From: Catajapyx aquilonaris
Lineage: Eukaryota
NCBI GenBank assembly: GCA_000934665.2
Contig: KZ538455.1
Location: forward strand, 1 to 64,000
Length of the DNA stretch: 64,000 nt
Direction of reading: 5' to 3'
The notes under the pieces were generated by a model, which worked only from the letters and a program-made list of their open reading frames with translations, had not been told where the DNA came from and did no database searches. Positions 24,301 to 35,426 of this stretch are shown here, piece after piece (position 1 is the first letter of the stretch; each line of letters starts with the position of its first letter). The position numbers and the translations under genes are program-made.

Positions 24301-25445
24301 AAGGAGGAGGTGGAGGCAATGGTCTTGGTGGTGGTAAAGGTCGGGGCTGAGGTCTGGTCGCCACTTGACCTTTGACAGGAGGACGGTTCTGTCGACGTCC
24401 ATACTCCGGCTCCACTTTGTCCTCCAGCTTCTTCCTGGCTCCTTCCTCACGCTTTTCCTCTTCCTTCTTTTCCTTCCGTCTTTCTTCAGCCGTGTATATC
24501 TTCTTGGAAGACAAGTGCGACTCTTCAGGTATTGTGTTCTTCTGTAGCTCTTCGTCGTGCTGCTTACTTGTTAAAAATTGACCTCTCCTGTAAAACACTC
24601 TGGGCACTCTTGTCACTTTCTGGCTTCTTGTTGTAGTTCTGACTTCTGTTGTTGTTGCTTCTGTTGTTGTTGAAGTGGTAGTTGCTAGTGTCGTTGCTGG
24701 TGGTGTCGTTGTTGTTAGCACGACTGAAACTGTGGGCAATGCAACATCCAACTCTGTTACCACTGTTAGCAAACTGCTTCTAAAAGGAGTGGACTGCGTT
24801 ACGTAAACTTGGGTATCATCCGATGTTGTAATATCCGGATCACTTTCTAAATCCTTACTCTTCACCATTGGCTTTCCATCAGAAGGGTAAAAATTGGAAT
24901 TATTTCGCGCTGTCAAAACTGGCACAACGTGGTTTCGCGTGTCACTGAACTGGAGCGTGGTGAAGACAACCTCGTTTCTTGGAGTAACTTCCTGTTGAAT
25001 CAACCGTGCCATCCGTCGCGTATTATTATTGACATCCATAAGTGCGTAGGCAGGAACACTCGCGTTACCACTCAGCTGTTCAGGTGACCGACTTTCTGCA
25101 AAAATTTTGAGTGTAAATTACGACCCACTGTGGTTAACAAAACCTCACCTTTTTTAGCCGTTGATCCCCACGTACCAGCTAAGATAAGGCTGACCAAGCA
25201 TAGCCACAGGAGCTGTAATTGCAAAATTGTCACGTACTTATTGCACACAGGTGACAAAACGAAAGTGCGATGTAATTTTACGCTAAAAGACAATTTTACT
25301 CACTTGCACATTTTATAATGCGATTAACATAATGAGTATTGGCCTGATTGGATTATCCTATTGTAATGTTTACTTTCAGAATAAGAAGGGGCTTCAACTA
25401 CACCCAAATCCTCACCCATTTGGTCAGCACACAGATTGCAGACAT
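21310..25445 (-). CDS. Large secreted intrinsically disordered block-copolymer-like protein, ~1254 aa
   Basis: Exons 25445-25416 (MSAICVLTKW), 25212-25149 (LLWLCLVSLILAGTWGSTAKK), 25095-21589 (includes ORF 21551..25039), 21532-21452, 21392-21310 (..GGKKSQPLLF*); canonical GT-AG, phases compatible. TATAAAAG at 25547-25540. Confidence 0.9.
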
Positions 25446-28400
25446 GGCGTAAAGTCTGCGACGGACAGTCATCTCTGAGGCCTCTTCTCACCCATGGCTG
25501 GCAGGTAGGACACTTTCGCGCCACGCAAGCCTGACTCGCCTTTTATATCCAGACCCGATCATCCAAGAAATCACATATCCTGTGTCCTCACCTGGAATCA
25601 TTTTCCCTTTTCGTCCGCACCTATTAAACTCAAGGAATGTCTAGCCACGGATGAACCGTAAACAACCTTCAATTTCTTTTAAAAAAAAGTAGAAACGCAT
25701 CCTGGATTTCCTCATGACTTCTTATACAGAAAAGGTCGTTCCAGTAATAAGGTCAGTACCAGGATCTTTGCTTTTAATTGGCTTCTATTGTTGAGGAGTG
25801 TGTGTTTGAAGAGACATTTTGAGTCTCGTTTTCTGGATAAGAGATGACGCTCGGGATTTCCTCGCAGGTTGGAGCGCCTCGTAGCGATCGAAGCTTGAAT
25901 CTGCCCAACATTGGCTATGGTTGACAGCCCTTTGTTTACTGACCGATTGCTTTTGGGAGTTGGCCATCTGGCTGTCCGGAGAGTGAAAGACCCGGAACAT
26001 AATTGGTGATGTCTCTATCCAGAGAGGGGGTACTGAAGATTTTTTTAAAAAATGTTCACACAAATGATATGGGTCAAGGTCACGGGAGTCGATATGTAGC
26101 TTTTGACATGTAACGGAACATGTGGCTGTTCTTAGATTCGTTTTTTTTTTGTGTGTAAGGTTCGTGACATGTTCTGGGTGAATCAACTCTCACGGGCGCA
26201 ATTCTGTTGCACCAAGGATTGGCAGATGACTGTATTTTATACAATAATATTGAAAGCTCTATTTTAGTTCTCTCGTTATATGGCGAATTAATTTATGAAT
26301 CCTGGGAATAGGAATGCGCAAATATTAATAGAAGAATAATCAGTATTGGTTTCTTGAACATTCGTGTATAAGTCAATTGTGGCGCACCTTCCAAGTCCTT
26401 GGTTTGTAAGACTATTTCAATAAAGAGAACTCGCCAATAGTTGTTGGTGGTACTTTATTAAAGTTATGAAACAGGTCAATTTTAATTTAATTCATTAGGA
26501 TTTTTCGTCGCTGATTACTCTCTTTTGGGTACATATTTTGTAAGAAAATGGCATATTGGTATTGGAACAGGCTTTGATGGAAGTTTGGGTTAACTGTACT
26601 GTATACTGTACTGGTTTCGTAATATCAACATGATAGAGTACTGTAGATCACATACACGCTAGTAATGTCAAATATTGAATTTTAAAGCATTCGCTAATGT
26701 CACTGTGGCCTTTTTAAAAATGAGAGTGCAGTATCAGCCCTTAATTAGAGTACAGTAGGCACAGGGGAATTTTCCCTGGCAATATTATTATTCACACACT
26801 ATCCGACAACCCTGGAGATCTGCCAATATTTGCCTACATCATAACGGCTTTCGAGCGTTCAATTGCGTCCCAAAAAAAAAAGTGGGTGGGTAGGGGGGAC
26901 CTTTTGCTCTGTTTCCTTAAGACCCCCTCTTGGTCCTTCATGAGAGAACAAAGAGAAATCCTTGTATGTATACAGCCCTTACTTCCTTCGTTCCCCCATC
27001 TGCTTTTCTGCTGGATTGTTGAGTCCCACAGAATCCGCAAGCATTTGACGCAGCTGGTGTCAGTCAGACGCCTAGCTAGTTCGCACAGGATTTCTGCGGC
27101 ACTCAACCTGATGTGGACTCCTTTGCCTTGATGAATTCTCATTGTTTCGAGTCTGCTAGGCACAGTCGACATCGCTTCTTGCAACTGACACATTCGCCGT
27201 CTTGGTTGTGCTCAACTATGATTCGTCATAGTGGCTAGAATTCAGCAATATGACGTATATCGCAGCAACGTTTTGTGTGAAGTTGGGACGGAAATCAGTA
27301 GATGGCGCCGTCCGAAATTTTTCGGAACGACATGACGGAAGCCTTTTAATCTTCCAAATCATCCTAAAAACTAACCTGCTCTAAAAAAAAAGACTCAGAG
27401 AGTAGACATAGATCGAAAAGAGAAGGACGTGCATTAGTAAGCAGCCCATTTGGATCCGGTGACCTGCAGGATGAGAGTTTTGGAAATGCATTGGCCACTC
27501 GAGCTCCATTCCCAGTGATTTATCCGTGGAAAGGACCAGCAGGCAAAGTAGTGCTCCATATCCCCCCTGGAGCTGGTTCTGGAGACCGTGAACATTGCTC
27601 AAAGGGGAGGGTTAGCAACAGCAGTGATAGCTGACCACTGACCACTCTCCATATTTCAGACCCCTACCCCCCTCCCCGATAGACTTGCTAACCGGGGCCA
27701 CACTGCTGGGGTGACTATGACAAATCCGCACTGGTTTATTCAGATGGCGGGGATAGCAAACTTTGGAGGGGTGAAGTCGTTTTGAGGTGTGACGGATTTA
27801 CAGAGAAGTTGAACGGAGGACGTTCCTATAAGTGTCTGAATTATTTCGAGTGGGTTTGCCACTCGATTTGAGTGCCGTTCATTTATTCCAGCACCAAGTT
27901 AGGTTTTAAAACGTTTGATAATTTTTTAAAAAAGTTGGACACATGATGACTTTTTGAACAATTTGTTCCATGCAATGTGTACATACTATAGTTATGACAG
28001 CTATTTAGTCTGCCTCGCATTACGTCAAACGCCATCATTCGCTCGGCTTCACAGCAATATTAGATTTGCTGGATGCCTGTGGACTGCATTTCATGCACTG
28101 CAGATTTCGCGTTATTATGTGAATTACTTGCACCCGCCCACTGTTTGGAATACCCTACAAATTCGAGCATTTAAATCAACATATAAGTATAACATAATTA
28201 CATTAAAAATTGCGCCTCTGCTCTGTTTTGTTTTCCCATGACCGTAGGCGCATGTACTACCACTACCCCTCACGACCCTGAGAGTGGCAGGAGTGTGCTG
28301 AGAAGGAGCATGCGCCATCTATGTGTCCTAAATCGACTCTCATTGTAAACAGACCGTTCTAGGCCCGGTCCACTTGTCTCCAAACCGTGTAAACGGTCCC

Positions 28401-29173
28401 CCATTGTCAACCTTTCCCTAAAATCACGCCTGTTCCCTGCTCTTATAGTCGGTTATATCACTTTCCCCTTCGATTATCCCCTGTTTGCACACACTATACT
28501 GCCATGAAAACCATCCCTCCCACCCGCAAAATGTAGTATAAACACAAAGTAAATTAGGCTGCAATGCGGGGCTGTGGTGGGCCCCGTTGATTGTAGGCTG
28601 GCCAAAAACAGGCTAATTGAAAGACCTGGTCCTCTTTTTTATAGAAATTTTTTAGGGTACATTCAAGAGCCAACCATGCACGTTAAAACGGGCCAGTGCT
28701 GACCCCTGCCTGAAAATCATAACTGATTAGTAAAGCCTCCCACCAACTATTTTCCATGCGATTACACGGTCATTGTGGTAAGAAAACGTGTTGTTCGACA
28801 CCCTGGATATATATAGGCTTGTTATTATTTGTGTTTAGCGTTGATTGCATTTGAATGGGAAAACAGGGGGGCAGCGAGCGTTGGGAGAGAGGGAAATAGA
28901 GTTATCCCGGAGGTCGAAAACAGCGTTTTGGACGCATGAAAATGGCGGTATTGATGCTGGCATGGGGCTTATTCGGTGTCAACACAACCCCCAAACCGAG
29001 TTGTGTCAACACAAGTGGAACGATGTTCTTAAATAAAAATATATATCCCAGGGTCGATGCGGGTCGATGCGGGTTATACAAGCTGTTCAGTCATGTTAAT
29101 TTTACAGGAGACAGTGTCATTTACATGATTGTATCACTCGCAAGGGGCCCTTCATAAAATCATTACGTAAACC

Positions 29174-29175
<2 letters not shown>

Positions 29176-29245
<70 letters not shown>

Positions 29246-29322
29246 AGGGAAACTCTGGACATTGACGGTTCTAAAAATATTGTCCAACATATAGGGAGGT
29301 GTCCAACTTGACAGGTTTCACT

Positions 29323-29394
<72 letters not shown>
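29176..29394. repeat. (AAT)n and (GTA)n microsatellites flanking a 79-bp MITE-like element
   Basis: AAT run to 29244; CAGGGAAAC...GTTTCACTG at 29245-29323 with TA each side; GTA run from 29323. Confidence 0.8.
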
Positions 29395-32053
29395 TAATAA
29401 TTTATTTCAAATGTATATTATTATAAAATGCAATGTTTGTTTGTTTGTCTGGTTCATACCCATTCATACCCTTTAACTGGTAATACCTTAGGTGAGATTA
29501 GATTGATAAAATGTGATGTTACCTGGACAAATTTTTTTGGGGAAAAATGTGAGCTCATTTGATCCCAGATTTCCATTAACGGCATCGAGGACGTAATGCA
29601 AATTTTACGAACCCATCGATTAGACGGGGAGGGGGGGGGGCGACGGGTAATTTCATTAAGGTAGCTGCTGTGGGTACAGTCTGGGCCCAAAAAAATTTCA
29701 TTTAAAAAAATGATGTCGTCCGCGTAATGACTATACTTCATATCCACTGGATTATGGTGTCATATTTTGTTGGATGCGGATTCAAGTTTGTGTGTGTGTG
29801 TGTGTGTGTAAAAGACAGTGGGTGACCTTAAGGGAAACATTTGTCACCTCATTGAGCAGCCAAATGAGGCTAGAACCAGGACCAGGAAATCCTGATGAAA
29901 GCTTATGATTTATGATAGTTTCTTCCCTCGTCAAAATAGAGAGACGAGGGGAACTGAGTTTTTAGTACTCTTCTCCCTCATTTCTAGACGCGAGAGGAAA
30001 GTTTTCTTCTGAAGCATCTTTAAAAAGAAGCATTGAGTCACTTAAAATGGCTGCCATACAGAGCCGCATAGTTGCCAGATCCGGGACTAGTTTTTGCAAC
30101 TATAATGGGTTGAAACGAACCCAGGGCACTTCTATTGCCTTTATACTTCTGTCTAAACAGCAATTTTTTCCATATTTTTCACTGATTGGCTGCAGTTTTC
30201 TCGAAGCGGTGGCGACATCTGTTATCTAGAGCCAGCATGTTATAAAGGTGGCTGGCAACAATGCGCAAAATTTTGGGGGAAGCGGTTCAATCACCTCTGC
30301 GCCCCCCCCCCTCTCCCAGCTTGCGGGCAATCTGTTAAGACAAGCCGTTCCTGCCAGGAGTAAGGCCCGAGAGCAATCCATTAAATAATTAAGAGGCCAG
30401 CAGGGAAGATCGGCGCTGTGGGATAGAAGGCAGGCCAAGTAAGACACAGGTTCTCCATGACAAACGAAGAATCGCTCCTTTTCCGATCCACCACTTTCCC
30501 CAATTAACTACATCTGCACTTTCTCCCGGACTATCCTCCAGCTCTTGTGGGGGGAGGCTCCTGAGACTAAGGCTGCTCTGCGGCCATTCATCACCAAACC
30601 TCGCTCCAAGGGTTATATGGAAAACAGATCCTGTCTACTAGGATAATGGCAAACTTTCTGTACCACCACAAGGTATGCGGCGAAATGGGTATATGAAATT
30701 GACAAAATTTGCATTTTATACTAATATAAATCGAATTATCAATGTCGAGTGACGATATGGTCCAGTGAGGTTTGGGACAATTTAAAATTCGACATTGCGG
30801 TTAGTGTATGTGTGGGCAAATTTTTGGTCCAGAGGTTTTCCTGGTTGGCAATCCGTCCGGTTTTTTTTTTTGAAACGGGGCAGAGAGCTCTCTCGTCTTG
30901 AGCTCCAGTCCGAGATAAGACGAGATCGATATGTTCGTGGTTGGAATACTGGATGGGGAGAGGAGGAAGGGGAGAAGAGAGGGGGAAGGTTTTCTCTCAA
31001 CTCCCTGCGTATATTTGACACCGCTGAATTTAGATGACTGCCACTTTTCCGTTCATTGTGTAGCCATCGGAATAAAAAAATCGATATGCGAACTGTCTAC
31101 TGAATACATTTCCACAACTCTACTGGCTGCTTTTGAAGCGACTTTGACTTCTCCTGCCCATTTTTCTTACGAGAGAAAAACTGCCATGAATTTATATGGG
31201 CCAAACATCATCCAATCACATGCATGTTGATGGGACCTCAAAGTGCTGACTACAGTTTGGGGCTTTTCATTTTTCCAGGTCAGCAATAGATGTCTCACTG
31301 TCAGACAGAGCCTTCAATCTCAAATGATTAAATAAAATTATTTTAAAACGCCGAACAAAATAAATTCGACAAAATACAAAACAAAATTAATGTTGCAAAT
31401 ACAGGTGTGATATAATTATAATATAGTCCGAAAATGGTATAAACGGAAACTATATCAAAGATGATGTCCTAACCAACCCTTTGAAATGTAAGGGTAAGGG
31501 TTGTAAAAGGAGAGGCGAGTTTCCGGAACACACACCACCGCCTCATCGGCCTCGAGCAGAGGTCATAAAAAATAAGGAAAAGGACAACACGTGCAGGGTC
31601 TGTCAACACCATGTGAGGACCGTAGTTCGGTACCGTACACCTGGCTAAGTCAGTAGCATCGCTCCTTATATACAGTGTTTCAGGCACCAGATGGCGCACA
31701 AGAACAGGGACAATTTCCAAAAGAGGATAAATGCCGATCTCACAACCAAAAGGGAACTAGTACCTTGACATGGAGAATAGTAAGGAAAAATAATCCCCCA
31801 CCAGAGAGGTCGCTAGTGTCTTAATTTAGCGTGTCGACCCTTTCCCCATTTTTCCAGGATTAACCTGATTTTTAAGCGTAATATCAGTGTATCAGATAGA
31901 TGCATAGAGGTCGGTCAAATAAGGACCAATTGTAAGGGCAAGCGCAACATTGTTGTGAAAAATGTTGAGGAACAACTATACGATAGTTTGAGGTGTCCCA
32001 GTGTAGGGGCCACCGATGTTATAAGTTGGAACTGTTGGGACTTATTTTTGCAT

Positions 32054-32184
32054 GGAAGGCTTCCAGAGAGCTGGGGTTGCAGAGACAAGATGGGCAATAG
32101 GGATGGGTACCATCATATCCTCTGATGATATCCTTCGCTACTGCCCACGTTGTCTCGGCAACCCCAGCTCTCTGGAAGCCTTCC
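32054..32184. repeat. ~130-bp hairpin / inverted repeat (MITE-like)
   Basis: GGAAGGCTTCCAGAGAGCTGGGGTTGC pairs perfectly with GCAACCCCAGCTCTCTGGAAGCCTTCC; imperfect pairing continues inward. Confidence 0.75.
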
Positions 32185-34898
32185 GACAAAAACCTCCACA
32201 CCAAGAGTACTGTACATTGAGTACAGTGATATTATGGCGACCTCATAGAACTAAAATAATATTTATATTACAGTATTTGACTTGAACGTTATGTCACACT
32301 GCCATTGGAGTGGCAGCATGAATCGTCTTTCAATTGGCCTGTATAGTACTCGACTTTCCCAAAGGGAGACGTGTAATGACAATGGCCAATTTCATGCATT
32401 TCAGTAATTATTATTCCTGCTCCCCCTCCAGAGTTCGAATTTGCTGCATTATTGTTGGTCACAATAAAGTAATGACTCCTTTCCCCCAGCTGTAATTGGC
32501 TCCTTGCACTTTTTAAGATGCTCGATTCCCTCTTTTCATTATATAAAATTGATTCATGGAGATAAGTTGGTATTGGGTCTTCTCCCCCCCCTTTTCTCTG
32601 AATAGGTGACAGCGTCGACTAGCTTTCAAGACGAAAAGCCCTCCTTGAATTGAAGCAAAGTGAATTAAATCGTTCAATCCCTGAATGCAGTCCTTAAAGT
32701 CTATTGAATTATCCTAAGTGGATACGCAATGCAGTAGTCTCATCTGCAAAAGTAGGCTGGAGAAGCAAACGGTATAGGGGTGGGTGGGGTGGAGAAAAAG
32801 AGAAAAGCCTTGATGATTTGCTTCTTGGCATTAGGAGATGGCGCGATTTCCTTCCCAGGACTCTTCCTGTTGACTCCCAACTTTTTTTTCTGTGATCCCT
32901 AAATCCCCTTTTCAAAATATCCCTGCCTGGAAAAAAAATCCGGAATTGAATTATTTCGCTCCTCACAAAATTCCCAGCTCGTGGTCAATTTTTCTTTAAC
33001 AACCACTCGAATTTGTGAGTGACAAATTCACGTGTTTTGCACTCCTTTTCCTAATATGTGTAAGACAATGTCGGTATCGCTGTAATACAACTATTCTCTT
33101 GTATTTTTTTTATATCCCAGAGTTTTCTTTGCCTTCTGAAATGGGAATTGATTTTCCAGGTCTTCCTCTATGGCAAAGAAGGGGAGAAATGTTTGGGAGG
33201 AAGAGGGCTGCGCTTGTCGACTTCAATTTAAATAGAACGATCAAGACATCCACTCCAGCTATCTCCGGGGGAAAGTGAAAACATTTCGCCGTCTCGCTCC
33301 GGAATTGACAATAGCGAATGCTGATGCACCTCCGCTCTCTTACTGTGCTATCCACTTTGTCAAGAAATGGAGAGAGAAAAAATGTGCAATTTTTTTTAAA
33401 AAAAGGTATTGCGAATAATGTGACCAATAGTGACTCCTTATGTGTTTATAGTTTCAGTTATGCAAACACTGGCCGCACATAATAGAGTTTGGGGACAATG
33501 GACAAAGTTTGCTGATCCGAATCTTGACACACCGGATTATATCGTACATGGTGCTAAGCAGGTCTTTACTTTGGTGCTGAGAAGATTCCTTGTATAAATG
33601 TACGACCTAGTTGTGGAGAGTTGCCCTCCACGTAACTCTCAGAAACTGATTTAATTGCAGAAACTTTCCTTAGGAGGGAGAGACGTCGTCGTGGACTACC
33701 CCCCCTTTCCAAAAGTTAAGGAGACAACTGCAGAGTAAATCTGGTGAAGTGCGGAGTGTGTTCCGGTGACTGCTCCGTATATATACGGGAGAAAAAGAGA
33801 CCAGGTCCGAAATTCTTCTTCTCAGGGCCTTATCCGGGGGTTCTCCGCCACTTGGGATGAAGCCCACCAACTCGTGAAAAGAGGCTGAAACAAATCCGGA
33901 TCAAAGACATTGTCAGGAAAGGGATTCAAGCAAGGGTTGGAACTCCGGGCAAGCAATTGGAGGTGTTTTTTTGGTTTAAAAAAAAGTGATTTGCATGCAA
34001 AATGATGGAGTGGATTATTGTATGCGCTTTCGAAAATTTCATTTATGCCCGATAGTTTGGGGAGTAACACTTTGTAATGCATTCATTGCGGTATAAGTAC
34101 ACTGAGTCCACAGTCCAATTGTTTGAACCAGCCAACTCAGAGTTTAAAGAGAAGCAGCCAGGAAAACTTGTTTAGGTCTGCACAACCCTGTACGTTGAGT
34201 CATTATGACCTTGCTGATTAGAAAGTATAAAAGCGAGAGGCTGAATGCACAATATTAGTTTCACAGCAGTTGACGATTAGTGTACGGCAATAAAGATAAC
34301 ACCCTATTCAAACCCGGAACAGTAACGAGCATTATATCAGTGCTGCACCCTAACTTTATATTCATCCACGTTTAATATTGACTCAATCTTTATGAAACAT
34401 AATGAAAAGTTGAACATTATGTAAGAACAGCATGTCTGCAATGCTACTAGCAGTTTCACCCATTGTTACTTTATTGGTTACCAGCTGAAGAAACAATGAG
34501 TAAAAATATACGAATAATTGCGAATAACAATAATTTTTTCTCTATTCTCTTCTGACCCTGTTTCCTTACTCCCAGTGGTCGGCATTAGGAAGGGCAGACA
34601 CGCAGGAATGTAAGCTGTGACCACCCGCAGGATTTGTATGTGTAGACCCCCCCTCTTTTTCTTCTCCCTTGAGAGTAGGTTATGTATCCCCGGAAGGTGT
34701 TGTGAGTAGCATGCGCGCGCAGTGAGTGTGGAGAGCGCAGGCGGTGAGGGGGGTGCATGGCAACCATTAGAGAAGGGGGAACCCGAAGAAGGCCCTACCC
34801 CTCAGATTGTAGCCGGGCTTCGAAGCTGGCTGTTGTGTTGTGTCCCATGTGAAAAGTTTTAAGAGAAAGGAAGGGGAGGGGTGGTCTGCCCCGGGGCG

Positions 34899-35426
34899 AT
34901 GGCCGGAAGCAACATCGTGGCGGAATGGCTTCGTTCACTTCAGTTGGGGCAGTACGCGGATTCCTTCCTGGACAATGGTTACGACGATTTGGAGATATGC
35001 AAGCAGGTGGGCGAGCCGGACCTGGACGCGATTGGGGTCTTCAACCCGCATCATCGCACGCGGCTACTAGACGCGGTCAGAGGCTTGAGAGAAGAAGGAG
35101 CCGCGTCTGTGTATTTCACTCTGGAGGAAGCGGCAGCTGCTGTGGCATCCGTGGCCGAAGAAGAGGACAGCCCTGAAGAGGACTCGCAGCAGCTGCAGCC
35201 TCCGGTTCCATCATCGTCATCATCATCTCGTAGCAATAACAACAAGGCCAATAGGACACCCACGCCGTCCGAGAGTGCGGGAAGCAATGTGGACAACTTC
35301 TTGGACGAGTATGAGGAAGGGAAGGCAGAGTTGGTCAAGATACCCAAAGTGCAGCTCAGGGAGCTGTTGAAGGATAGGATCGGACAGGATGGCATCAGGC
35401 TCACGTGTCTGCCCTACTCCACATCC
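34899..35426 (+). CDS. SAMD5: First coding exon of a SAM-domain protein, SAMD5-like (N-terminus of an arthropod SKIP/SASH1-type gene)
   Basis: MAGSNIVAEWLRSLQLGQYADSFLDNGYDDLEICKQVGEPDLDAIGV...VYFTLEE...LVKIPKVQLRELLKDRIGQDGIRLTCLPYS matches, from memory, both conserved SAMD5 blocks; ends at a phase-0 gtaagt donor at 35427. Symbol means 'SAMD5-like'. Confidence 0.9.
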
